64,000 nucleotides of DNA from Candidatus Limnocylindrales bacterium (GTDB taxonomy: Bacteria > Chloroflexota > Limnocylindria > Limnocylindrales > CSP1-4), in assembly GCA_036504355.1 (NCBI GenBank), contig DASXVG010000079.1:580-64579 (forward strand). The letters are read 5' to 3'. Positions 50,667-60,012 of the stretch are shown here, in pieces. The translations under genes and the position numbers were made by a program. Position 1 is the stretch's first letter. The number at the start of each line of letters is the position of its first letter. The notes below the pieces were generated by a model. It ran no database searches. It was not told where the DNA came from and saw only the letters and a program-made list of their open reading frames with translations.

Positions 50667-52106
50667 ATGGCCGTCGGCTCGTCCAACGATTTCGATCTCG
50701 TCGTCCTCGGCGCGGGCACCGGCGGCTATGCCGCCGCCTTCCGCGCCAGCCAGCTCGGTCTCAAGGTCGCCCTGGTGGACGAGGACAAGCTCGGCGGCAC
50801 GTGCCTCCATCGCGGCTGCATCCCCACCAAGGCGCTGCTCGAGAGCGCAGCGTTCAACGAGCGCCTGCGCCACGCCGCGGACTTCGGGCTCAACCTCGCG
50901 GGCGACACCACCATCGACTACGCGAAGATCGCCGCCCGGCGCGACATGGTCGTCAACCGCATGTGGAAGGGCGTCCAGTCGCTGGTCAAGAAGTACGACG
51001 TCACATGGGTCGCGGGCCGCGGGCGGCTCGACGGGGCGCACAAGGTCCGGGTGAGCATGACCCGCGAGGACGGCACGCCTGGCGGCGGCGAGCGGACGCT
51101 CAACGCGAACGACGTCATCCTCGCGACCGGCTCGCGGGTCAAGAGCCTGCCCGGCATCGAGCCCGACGGGACGCGGATCGTGACCTCGGACGACGTGCTC
51201 CGGATGGACACCCTGCCGTCGTCGGTGATCGTCATCGGGGCGGGCGCGGTCGGGGTGGAGTTCGCGTCCATGTACCACGACCTCGGCGTGACGGTGACCC
51301 TGCTCGAGTACCTGCCGGCGATCGTGCCGCTCGAGGACCGCGACGTGAGCAAGGAGCTCGAGCGCAGCTTCACGCGGCGCGGGATCAAGGTCATCACGAA
51401 CGCGCGGTTCGACGCGGCGTCGGTCAAGGCCGACGACGCGGGCGTCCGGATCACCGTCGGGGCGGAGGGCAAGGACGCGACCGAGATCACCGCCGAGCTG
51501 CTGCTCGTCGCCGCGGGTCGGGCAACCAACATCGAGGACGTCGGCCTCGAGACCACGTCCGCCGTGGTTGACCGCGGGTTCGTCACGGTCGACGACCACA
51601 TGCGCACCGCCGAGCCGCACCTGTACGCGATCGGCGACATCGTGGGCGGGCTGATGCTCGCGCACACGGCCGCGCACGAGGGGATCACGGCCGCGCACAC
51701 GATCGCCGGCGACCCGGACGTCCACGGGATGGACTATGTGAAGCAGCCCAAGGCCACGTACTGCCGGCCCGAGATCGCGTCGGTCGGCCTGACCGAGCAG
51801 GAGTGCGAGAAGCAGGGCCTGCCGACCAAGATCGCGAAGATCCCGTTCCAGGCCATCGGCAAGGCGCTCATCGGCGGCGAGTACGAGGGGTTCGCGAAGA
51901 TCATCGCGAACAAGGAGACCGAGGAGACGCTCGGGATCCACCTCATCGGCCCGCATGCCACGGACCTCATCGCCGAGGCGAGCCTCGCGCTCACCCTCGA
52001 GGCGGTCCCGTGGGAGATCGGGCTGACGACGCATGCGCATCCCACGCTCTCGGAGATCCTGGGCGAGACCGCGATGGCCGTCGACGGACGGTCGATCAAC
52101 TTCTGA
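50667..52106 (+). CDS. lpdA: Dihydrolipoyl dehydrogenase (E3)
   Basis: DLVVLGAGTGGYAAA, redox-active disulfide GGTCLHRGCIPTK, and the C-terminal motif HAHPTLSE. Confidence 0.9.
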   Translation: MAVGSSNDFDLVVLGAGTGGYAAAFRASQLGLKVALVDEDKLGGTCLHRGCIPTKALLESAAFNERLRHAADFGLNLAGDTTIDYAKIAARRDMVVNRMWKGVQSLVKKYDVTWVAGRGRLDGAHKVRVSMTREDGTPGGGERTLNANDVILATGSRVKSLPGIEPDGTRIVTSDDVLRMDTLPSSVIVIGAGAVGVEFASMYHDLGVTVTLLEYLPAIVPLEDRDVSKELERSFTRRGIKVITNARFDAASVKADDAGVRITVGAEGKDATEITAELLLVAAGRATNIEDVGLETTSAVVDRGFVTVDDHMRTAEPHLYAIGDIVGGLMLAHTAAHEGITAAHTIAGDPDVHGMDYVKQPKATYCRPEIASVGLTEQECEKQGLPTKIAKIPFQAIGKALIGGEYEGFAKIIANKETEETLGIHLIGPHATDLIAEASLALTLEAVPWEIGLTTHAHPTLSEILGETAMAVDGRSINF

Positions 52107-52173
52107 ACCGGGCGGCGTCGGCGGCGTGGCCGCCGGGCGCGCACCCGGCACCGCTCCGGCTACGGAGGACGCG

Positions 52174-53268
52174 ATGACGGTCACGGACCGCGGCGGCGAC
52201 GCCGCCACGAGCCCCCTCGCCGCGTCGGTCGGCCTGACCGATGCGGACCTTCTCGCGATGTACCGCACCCTTGCGCTCGCCCGCGCCGTCGACGAGCGGA
52301 TGTGGATCCTCAACCGGGCCGGCCGGATCCCGTTCGTGATCAGCGGGCAGGGGCACGAGGGGGCGCAGGTCGGCCTGGCGTGGCCGCTCCGCCACGCCCA
52401 CGACTGGGTCGCGCCGTACTACCGCTCGATCGCGACCTGTCTCGCCTTCGGGATGAGCGCGCGCGACCTGATGCTCGCCCAGTACGCGAAGGCGATCGAC
52501 CCCTCGTCGGGCGGGCGCCAGATGCCGGGTCACTACGGACACCCGTCAGGGCACCTGGTGTCGGTCTCCTCGCCGGTGGCCACCCAGATCCTGCACGCGG
52601 TGGGGATCGCGCTCGCGGCGAAGATCCGCAAGCTCGACCAGGTTGCCGTCGCGATCATGGGCGAGGGCAGCTCCAACCAGGGCGACGTCCACGAGGCGCT
52701 CAACTTCGCCGCGATCCACCGGCTGCCGTTCGTGTTCATCGTGGAGAACAACGGCTACGCGATCTCCGTCCCGGCCGAGAAGGAGATCTCCGTCAAGGAT
52801 GTCGCCATGCGCGCGTCGGGCTACGGGATGCCGGGCGTCATCGTGGACGGAACCGACGTGCTCGCCTGCTACGCGGCGGGACGCGAGGCCGTGGACCGGG
52901 CGCGCACCGGCGGCGGCCCGACGCTGATCGAGGCCAAGGTCACCCGCCTCACCGCCCACAGCTCCGACGACCAGCAGACGAAGTACCGGAGCGAGGACGA
53001 CCTTGCCGAGGGTCGGGCCCACGACCCACTGCCGATCTTCCGGGAGCAGCTCCGCGGCGCCGGCATCCTCGCCGACCCGGTCGAGGCGGCGCTGAGCGCC
53101 GAGATCACGGCGCTCGTCGAGGATGCGACCGACTACGCCGAGGCGCAGCCCGACCCCGACCCGTTCACGGCCGTGGATCACGTGTATGCCGAGTCCTGGC
53201 CGTCCGAGGCGCCGCCGCCATGGCACCCGTCCGGGCCCGGCGTCGTGCCTGCCGGGGGCGCCCACTGA
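52174..53268 (+). CDS. 2-oxoacid (branched-chain type) dehydrogenase E1 alpha subunit, TPP-dependent
   Basis: FVISGQGHEGAQVG, TPP motif GEGSSNQGDVHEALNFAAIHRLPFVFIVENNGYAIS, and RLTAHSSDD. Confidence 0.85.
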   Translation: MTVTDRGGDAATSPLAASVGLTDADLLAMYRTLALARAVDERMWILNRAGRIPFVISGQGHEGAQVGLAWPLRHAHDWVAPYYRSIATCLAFGMSARDLMLAQYAKAIDPSSGGRQMPGHYGHPSGHLVSVSSPVATQILHAVGIALAAKIRKLDQVAVAIMGEGSSNQGDVHEALNFAAIHRLPFVFIVENNGYAISVPAEKEISVKDVAMRASGYGMPGVIVDGTDVLACYAAGREAVDRARTGGGPTLIEAKVTRLTAHSSDDQQTKYRSEDDLAEGRAHDPLPIFREQLRGAGILADPVEAALSAEITALVEDATDYAEAQPDPDPFTAVDHVYAESWPSEAPPPWHPSGPGVVPAGGAH

Positions 53269-54251
53269 TGCCGATCCGGACGTTCATCGAGGCCATCCGC
53301 GACGGCATGGCCGAGGAGATGCGGCGCGACGAGTCCGTCATCGTCCTGGGCGAGGACGTGGGCAAGAAGGGCGGCGTGTTCCTCGCCACGGACGGCCTGT
53401 GGGCGGAGTTCGGCGACGACCGCGTCATCGACACGCCGCTCACCGAGTCGATGATCGTGGGCGCCTCGATCGGGGCGTCGCTCAATGGTCTCCGGCCCAT
53501 CGCCGAGATCCAGTTCGCGGACTTCATCCACCCCGCGTTCAACCAGATCGTGTCCGAGGCGGCGCGGCTGCGCTATCGCACGAACGGCGGCGTCGGCGTG
53601 CCGATGGTGATCCGTGCCCCGTACGGCGGCGGGGTCCACGGGGCGCTGTACCACTCGCAGTCCGTGGAGGCGTTCTTCACCCACGTTCCGGGCCTCAAGG
53701 TCGTGATCCCGTCCACCCCGTACGACGCCAAGGGCCTGCTCCGGACGGCGATCCGGGACGACGATCCGGTCCTGTACTTCGAGCACAAGAAGATGTACCG
53801 CTCCGTCCGCGGCGAGGTCCCGGCGGGTGACTACACGGTGCCCCTGGGCCGGGCACAGGTCCGGCGGGCCGGACGCCAGGTGTCGGTCGTCGCCTACGGG
53901 CTGATGGTCCAGTACGCGCTCGAGGCCGCGGAGCGCGTGGCGGGGGAGGGGATCGACTGCGAGGTCATCGACCTGCGCTCGCTCCGGCCGCTCGACCGCG
54001 ACACGCTGCTGTCCTCGGTGCGCAAGACGGGCAAGTGCCTCGTCGCGTACGAGGACAACCGGTTCGGCGGGTACGGGGCGGAGATCGCGGCGATCGTCGC
54101 CGAGGAGGCGTTCGACTACCTCGACGGCCCGGTGTCCCGCATCGCCGGCCCGGACGTGCCGGGTGTGCCGTACAACCACGCGCTCGAGGACTGGTTCATG
54201 CTCAACCCGGCGAAGATCGCGGACGCGATTCGCAAGCTGGCGGCGTACTGA
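53268..54251 (+). CDS. 2-oxoacid dehydrogenase E1 beta subunit
   Basis: TGATG overlap with E1 alpha. VIVLGEDVGKKGGVF, RVIDTPLTE, YGGGVHGALYHSQS. Confidence 0.85.
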   Translation: MPIRTFIEAIRDGMAEEMRRDESVIVLGEDVGKKGGVFLATDGLWAEFGDDRVIDTPLTESMIVGASIGASLNGLRPIAEIQFADFIHPAFNQIVSEAARLRYRTNGGVGVPMVIRAPYGGGVHGALYHSQSVEAFFTHVPGLKVVIPSTPYDAKGLLRTAIRDDDPVLYFEHKKMYRSVRGEVPAGDYTVPLGRAQVRRAGRQVSVVAYGLMVQYALEAAERVAGEGIDCEVIDLRSLRPLDRDTLLSSVRKTGKCLVAYEDNRFGGYGAEIAAIVAEEAFDYLDGPVSRIAGPDVPGVPYNHALEDWFMLNPAKIADAIRKLAAY

Positions 54252-54262
54252 GGAGCCGGGCG

Positions 54263-54619
54263 ATGGCGGCGCCGACGGCGGACGAGCTGGTCGCGATCGA
54301 GGCTCGCCTCCAGCGGGTCCTGGACCCGTATCGCGACCGCCTGGAGCTCGCGACGATCTACGGGAACCCGGCCCTCCGCAAGGCGGGGGCGAACGCGCAC
54401 AACTGGTTCGCGTTCGTGAAGCCGCAGGCGAAGCACGTCGGGTTCTACCTGCTCCCGATCCATACCGACGAAGCGCTGCGGGCGTCGATCCCGCCGGCGC
54501 TGCGAAAGCGGCTCACCGGCCGCTCGGCGTTCACCTTCGTCGCCATCGACGAGCCGCTGCTCGCGGAGCTCGACGCGCTCGTCGCGCGGGCGTTCGAGGC
54601 CTACACGCGGACGGGCTAG
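54263..54619 (+). CDS. Hypothetical small protein (possibly DUF1801-like)
   Basis: gaggag lies upstream of ATG 54263. 118 aa with no firm motif. Its stop overlaps the stop of the convergent gene at a CTAG. Confidence 0.45.
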   Translation: MAAPTADELVAIEARLQRVLDPYRDRLELATIYGNPALRKAGANAHNWFAFVKPQAKHVGFYLLPIHTDEALRASIPPALRKRLTGRSAFTFVAIDEPLLAELDALVARAFEAYTRTG

Positions 54620-55773
54620 GACGGTTCGGCGATGGTCAGCTGGACGGGGTTGCCCGGCGCGAGGAACTCGCCGATCCGTCCGACCTCCGCCTGGACCGTC
54701 GCGAGCTCGGCCCGTTTCAGGCGCCGCCACGGCGCCACCTCGACGATCGTCGTCCGTGGTCGGACCTCGTGTGTCCACGTCCCGGCGACCGCGCCACCCG
54801 AGAGCAGGACGGCGCTGATCCAGCCTGCCGTGCGACTCACGAGCGCCCGCCGGGCGATCGGCAGCAGCGGCTCGGCCTCCTTCTGGAGCGACAGCGTGTA
54901 GGGGTCGAAGCCGCCGAGCAGGCGGATCGTCGCGTCGGGCTCCGGCTCGGCGCTTTCGAGCTCGTCGAGGTCCTCCGTGAGCACGATCGCCTTCGTGCCC
55001 TCGATGTCGACCTCCGTGAGCGTGTCGCCGAGCCGCTTGTGCGCGCCGGTCAGCTTGCCCCGCGTCACGCCCCACCAACGCGCGAGCTCCTGCTTCGATC
55101 CGCCCGGAAACGCGCGCAGGTGGCGGACCATCGCGGGGTCGACGCCCTCCGGCGCGGGCTCGGGCATCGGGACGCCCAGCCACGCAGCGGGGTTGACGAA
55201 CGTCACGTTGCGCCCGCGGTTTGGGCCGAAGACGAGCCTGCCGCTGGAGGCAGCGGGCTTGAGGAACGTGCCCCAGCCCGAGGCCACGCGGTCGGCGAAC
55301 GCGGGCTTGCTCAGGCGGGTCGCGAGCGCCTGCGCCAGCTCGCCGCGCGTCATGGGCTCGTCCGTGAAGATCTCGCCGATCGCCTCCTGGAGCGCAAGCA
55401 TCTCGGCCCGGGTCACCTTGAAGTAGCGCAGCCAGACCGGCGTCAGCCAGCTCAGCCGGCTGCCAAGCCCGCGGACGAGCTCCGGCAGCTCCTCGGCCGC
55501 CACGAGGTGGAGCGTCCCGCGCATCGCCCACGTCTTCACGAGGGCGCGCTCCTCCCACAGCGCCTGCCCAACGTCGGCGCGCGTGAGACCGGCCACCCGC
55601 GCCTGCAGCGCAAGCTCCGCGGAGCTCATCACCTGCGCCTGGATCCCGACGTGCTCGCGAACGACCTCGACCATGTCCCGCGCCGGCACACGCTCGAGGA
55701 GGTGCTGTCGACGCATGCGCAGGGCGGCGACCTGGCGCCAGGTGACGACGGGCGTTGCGTGCATGCCGCGCAC
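54616..55773 (-). CDS. Winged-helix HTH_42 superfamily protein (AlkZ/YcaQ-like DNA glycosylase family)
   Basis: WRQVAALRMRRQHLL...VREHVGIQAQVMSSAELALQARV...WEERALVKTWAMRGTLHLV is typical of the family. GIQAQ fits the recalled Q-hydrophobic-Q catalytic motif. Confidence 0.65.
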   Translation of the reverse strand: MRGMHATPVVTWRQVAALRMRRQHLLERVPARDMVEVVREHVGIQAQVMSSAELALQARVAGLTRADVGQALWEERALVKTWAMRGTLHLVAAEELPELVRGLGSRLSWLTPVWLRYFKVTRAEMLALQEAIGEIFTDEPMTRGELAQALATRLSKPAFADRVASGWGTFLKPAASSGRLVFGPNRGRNVTFVNPAAWLGVPMPEPAPEGVDPAMVRHLRAFPGGSKQELARWWGVTRGKLTGAHKRLGDTLTEVDIEGTKAIVLTEDLDELESAEPEPDATIRLLGGFDPYTLSLQKEAEPLLPIARRALVSRTAGWISAVLLSGGAVAGTWTHEVRPRTTIVEVAPWRRLKRAELATVQAEVGRIGEFLAPGNPVQLTIAEPS

Positions 55774-56026
55774 CGTAGCGCCGAATCCGGTCGCGACGTG
55801 TCAGGTATCGGCGGCCACCGGACAGCGAAGCGGGGCTGCCGGTGTGGGCAGGTCATCGCACCCGCAGTGGCCGAGCCGACGATCCAGGCCTGCTGACGGC
55901 GGCGACCGGTCCGCGTCGCAACCCAATCGCAAGCTCCGCTCGTGCGCGCGCTCTGGCGCGGGATGCGCAACACTAGGATCCGACGAACCCGGCGTCCCGC
56001 AGCGCCCCATCGGAGGAACAGACCCA

Positions 56027-57478
56027 GTGGCCAAGGTGACGATGCCGCAGCTCGGCGAGAGCGTCGCGGAAGGGACGATCGGGCGCTGGCTCAAGCAGCC
56101 GGGTGACACGGTGGCCAAGTACGAGCCGCTGCTCGAGGTCATCACGGACAAGGTGAACGCCGAGGTCCCGAGCCCGTTCGCCGGCGTCCTCAGGGAGATT
56201 CTCGCGGCCGAGGGCGACACCGTCCCCAACAACGCCGAGATCGCGGTGATCGAGACCGAGGACGAGGCTCTCTCCGGCGGCACCGCACCCGCGGGCGCGA
56301 CGCCCGTCGCGGCATCGGCGGCCACCGAGGCCGAAGGGAGCCCCGCAGCCGAGGGCACGGTGCAGGTCGAGCCCGCGAGCTCCCAGCCCGCGGCGCCGAC
56401 ACCCGAGAATGGCCCTGCCGGCTCGGACGAGCGCGCCGCGGCGAGCGTCGCGAACACCGCGCCGACTACAGCCGCGCCGGCTGAGGGAGACGGCGACGGC
56501 AACGCCCGCATGACCCCCGCCGTTCGCCGTCTCCTGCGGGAGCACGGCCTCGAGGCCATCCAGATCCCGGGCACGGGTGGCGGCGGCCGAATCACGCGGG
56601 AGGACGTCCTCGGCTACGTCGAGGCGATCCGCACCGGCCAGACGCCGGCGGCCCCCGCCGCAGCCACGCCGGCCGCCCCCGTCGCGGCCGCGTCACCCGT
56701 ACCGGCGGCACCCGCCGCTCGCCCGGCCCCAGCCGCGGCGACCAATGCCGGGATCGCGTTCCCCGCGGGCGCGGACGAGGTCCTCGTCCCGATGACTCAG
56801 ATGCGCAAGGGCATCGCCGCGCAGATGACGCGCGCGCTGAGCGCGCCGCACGCGTACGTCCAGATGGAGATCGACGCGACGCGGCTCGTGAAGCTCCGCG
56901 AGAGCCTCAAGAAGGGGTACCAGGCCAAGGAGGGGATCGGCCTCTCATTCGTTCCGTTCGTGGTGAAGGCGAGCGCCGAGGCTCTCAAGAGGAACCCGAC
57001 GTTCAATGCCCACTGGACCGACCAGGGGCTGCTCGCGAAGCGACGCGTGAACATCGGCGTGGCGGTCGCGGTCGACGAGGGCCTCATCGTCCCGGTCATC
57101 CGCGACGCGGACACGCTGTCGATCCACGGCCTCAACGCCGCGATCGCCGACGTCGCGACCCGCGCCCGGCTGAACAAGCTCCGCCTCGACGACTTTGGCG
57201 GCGGCACGTTCACTGTCGACAACACCGGGTACCTCGGCACGAACCTCGTGATGCCGATCATCAACGTGCCCGAGGTCGGCATCGTCACGATGGAGGCGAT
57301 CACCAAGCGCCCGGTCGTCGTGACCACCGACGACGGCGACGTGATCGCGATTCGACCCGTGATGAACATGGTCCTGGGCGTCGACCATCGCGCCAACGAC
57401 GGCGCCGGCGGCGCCGCGCTCCTGCGCGACATCAAGGCCTGGCTCGAGGGCGTCGGCCCGGACACGGCGATCTACTAG
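56027..57478 (+). CDS. Dihydrolipoamide acyltransferase (E2) with lipoyl, E1/E3-binding and catalytic domains
   Basis: Lipoyl domain: TMPQLGESVAEGTIGRWLK...LLEVITDKVNAEVPSP. Binding domain: MTPAVRRLLREHGL. Catalytic domain: MVLGVDHRANDGAGGA. ggagga lies 9 nt before GTG 56027. Confidence 0.9.
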   Translation: MAKVTMPQLGESVAEGTIGRWLKQPGDTVAKYEPLLEVITDKVNAEVPSPFAGVLREILAAEGDTVPNNAEIAVIETEDEALSGGTAPAGATPVAASAATEAEGSPAAEGTVQVEPASSQPAAPTPENGPAGSDERAAASVANTAPTTAAPAEGDGDGNARMTPAVRRLLREHGLEAIQIPGTGGGGRITREDVLGYVEAIRTGQTPAAPAAATPAAPVAAASPVPAAPAARPAPAAATNAGIAFPAGADEVLVPMTQMRKGIAAQMTRALSAPHAYVQMEIDATRLVKLRESLKKGYQAKEGIGLSFVPFVVKASAEALKRNPTFNAHWTDQGLLAKRRVNIGVAVAVDEGLIVPVIRDADTLSIHGLNAAIADVATRARLNKLRLDDFGGGTFTVDNTGYLGTNLVMPIINVPEVGIVTMEAITKRPVVVTTDDGDVIAIRPVMNMVLGVDHRANDGAGGAALLRDIKAWLEGVGPDTAIY

Positions 57479-57480
57479 TC

Positions 57481-57930
57481 GTGCGCCAGGGGATCGCCGT
57501 CATGGCGATCGCCGTCGCGCTGGGCGTGGCGGGCTGCGGACTGCTGCCAGTCGACACGCGCTCCATCGGCACGAGCGTCGAGCAGGGCGTGGAGGACGGC
57601 ATCACGACGTTCCATGTCGCGCCGTGGCCGCTCGACCTCGCCGAGACCGTCGCGTACGTGTGCGACGACAAGCCCGGCCCGGAGTTCACGGTCGACACGC
57701 CCGTGCCGCGGTCCGAAGCCGGGTGCGTCGAGCTCCAGCCCGACGTTGCCGGGGGCAGGCTCACCCTCCAGCTGGCACTCGACGGGCAGGACGCCGCGTC
57801 CCGCGCCCGCCTCGAGTCGTCGGTTTCGCCGTGGTACCTCGCCCTGCGAGGACGGCGAGGCGCGACCGCCCTGACGCTCGTGACGCAGGTCGTCAACTCG
57901 CCGATCCCGTCCGATCCGGGGCCCAGCTGA
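57481..57930 (+). CDS. Hypothetical lipoprotein
   Basis: Signal plus lipobox: MRQGIAVMAIAVALGVAGC. Confidence 0.55.
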   Translation: MRQGIAVMAIAVALGVAGCGLLPVDTRSIGTSVEQGVEDGITTFHVAPWPLDLAETVAYVCDDKPGPEFTVDTPVPRSEAGCVELQPDVAGGRLTLQLALDGQDAASRARLESSVSPWYLALRGRRGATALTLVTQVVNSPIPSDPGPS

Positions 57931-58901
57931 TGCGCGTCGTCGTCACCGGCGGGGCCGGGTTCGTCGGTCGGGCGGTGGTGGAGCGACTGCGGGACCGTGG
58001 CGATGACGTGATCGCGCTTGTCCGTGACCCCGGCGCTGCGACCCACCTCGTGCACGAGCGAGTCACGCCCATCCGCTCGAGCCTCGCCGACCCTGGGTCG
58101 ATGCGCGACGCGATGCGCGGGGCCGACGCCGTGATCCACATCGCCGGCATGTACCGCATCGGCATCGCGAAGGCCGATCGGCCAGCGATGTGGGACGCGA
58201 ACGTCGGGGTGACCGAGCGCGTGCTCGACGCCGCGATCGCCGAGCGCGTCGGGCGGATCCTCTACGTGAGCACGGTCAACGTGTTCGGCGACACGAAGGG
58301 TGCCGTCGTGGACGAGACGTACCACCGCGACCTCGCCCAAGGCTTCACGAGCTGGTACGACGAGACGAAGTTCCGCGCCCACGAGGCCGCCGAGGCGCGG
58401 ATCGCGGCCGGCGCACCGATCGTCATCGTCATGCCCAGCCAGGTCTACGGCCCGCACGACCACTCGCTCACGAGCGAGCAGCTCCACCGCGCGTTCCACG
58501 GCACCATGCGCTACCTGGTCCTCACCAGCGTCGGGCTCGGCTGGGTCCACGTCCACGACCTCGCGGACGGGATGCTCTCGGCCCTGGACCGCGGCCGCGC
58601 AGGTGACCTCTACTGCCTGTCCGGCCCCAACCACACGCTCGCGGAATCGATCGCCATCGCCGCCGGGCTGGGCGGCACGCGGCCGCCGCGGTTCTCGATG
58701 CCCACCGCCCTCGCACGGCTCGTGGCGCCCCTCAACGATGCCCTCGGCGGCCTCCCGGGGAGTCCGCCCAACCTCGCCGAGACGATCCGGTCCGCCGACG
58801 GCGTGACGTACTACGCGACGGCAGCGAAGGCGCACCGGGAGCTCGGGTTCATGCCGCGCAGCCTGGAGCAGGGGATCGTCGACACCTGGGGGCGGCACTG
58901 A
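57930..58901 (+). CDS. NAD-dependent epimerase/dehydratase-family (SDR) protein
   Basis: TGATG overlap with the upstream gene. MRVVVTGGAGFVGRAVV, and YDETK (a YxxxK catalytic motif). Confidence 0.8.
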   Translation: MRVVVTGGAGFVGRAVVERLRDRGDDVIALVRDPGAATHLVHERVTPIRSSLADPGSMRDAMRGADAVIHIAGMYRIGIAKADRPAMWDANVGVTERVLDAAIAERVGRILYVSTVNVFGDTKGAVVDETYHRDLAQGFTSWYDETKFRAHEAAEARIAAGAPIVIVMPSQVYGPHDHSLTSEQLHRAFHGTMRYLVLTSVGLGWVHVHDLADGMLSALDRGRAGDLYCLSGPNHTLAESIAIAAGLGGTRPPRFSMPTALARLVAPLNDALGGLPGSPPNLAETIRSADGVTYYATAAKAHRELGFMPRSLEQGIVDTWGRH

Positions 58902-58939
58902 CGGGGCGCCCCGCCCCGACCGGCCGTACACTCCTGCTC

Positions 58940-59986
58940 ATGGCCCGCGAGCTCCCGATCTTCGACCCCACGCCCGGCCACGGGCAGGCACCCGCACACG
59001 CGATCTCGATCGCGCTCGGCGCGGGGAACGCGTTCGAGCCCGCGGCGGACGGGAGCAAGGCGCTTCGCCGCCACCCCGACTGGATCAAGGCCAGGATGCC
59101 GTCGGGCGAGAACTATCACGACCTCAAGGGTCTGTTGTCAGGGCTGAACCTGAACACGGTCTGCGAGGAGGCCCGCTGCCCCAACGTCGGCGAGTGCTGG
59201 GACCAGCGCACCGCAACGGTGATGATCCTGGGTGACACGTGCACCCGCGCCTGCGGCTTCTGCGCCATCAAGACCGGCAAGCCCACCTGGTTCGACGACG
59301 ACGAGCCGCGCCGCGTCGCCGAGGCCGTGGCCGGGATGAACCTCGATCACGTCGTGGTCACGAGCGTCGCCCGCGACGACCTGCCCGACGGCGGGGCCGG
59401 CGCCTTCGCCGCGACGATCCGAGAGCTGCGCGCGCGCAAGCCGCTGATGGGCGTGGAGGTCCTGATCCCGGACTTCAACGGCGAGGAGACCCCCCTGCGG
59501 ACGGTCATGGCGGCGGGGCCGGACATCCTCAACCACAACCTCGAGACGGTGAGGCGACTGCAGAAGCCCGTCCGCAAGCGCGCGCGCTGGGACCGGACGC
59601 TCGGGGTCCTCGAGCGGGCGAAGGGCTACGCCGCCGAGTACGGGCAGGACGTCCACACGAAGAGCAGCCTCATGGTCGGCCTGGGCGAGACGCGCGACGA
59701 GATGACCGAGGCCTTCGAGGCGCTGCGCGCCGTGGACTGCGACATCCTCACGATCGGCCAGTATTTGCGGCCGACGCTGGACCACCTGCCGCTCGAGCGC
59801 TACTACCATCCCGACGAGTTCGCGTCGATGAAGGATGAGGCGGTCGCGCTCGGGTTCAAGCACGTCGAGTCGGGGCCGCTCGTCCGGTCCAGCTACCACG
59901 CACGGGACCAGGTCCCCGGCGCCGAGCTGCGCAGGCTGCGCCGCCAGGCGACGCTCGACCTCGAGGGGCGCGTCGTCCCCGGCTGA
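58940..59986 (+). CDS. lipA: Lipoyl synthase
   Basis: CEEARCPNVGEC (auxiliary cluster) and CTRACGFC (radical SAM triad), followed by the typical LipA C-terminal SSY motif. Confidence 0.9.
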   Translation: MARELPIFDPTPGHGQAPAHAISIALGAGNAFEPAADGSKALRRHPDWIKARMPSGENYHDLKGLLSGLNLNTVCEEARCPNVGECWDQRTATVMILGDTCTRACGFCAIKTGKPTWFDDDEPRRVAEAVAGMNLDHVVVTSVARDDLPDGGAGAFAATIRELRARKPLMGVEVLIPDFNGEETPLRTVMAAGPDILNHNLETVRRLQKPVRKRARWDRTLGVLERAKGYAAEYGQDVHTKSSLMVGLGETRDEMTEAFEALRAVDCDILTIGQYLRPTLDHLPLERYYHPDEFASMKDEAVALGFKHVESGPLVRSSYHARDQVPGAELRRLRRQATLDLEGRVVPG

Positions 59987-60012
59987 GCGATGCGACCGGA
60001 TAGACTGCAGGC

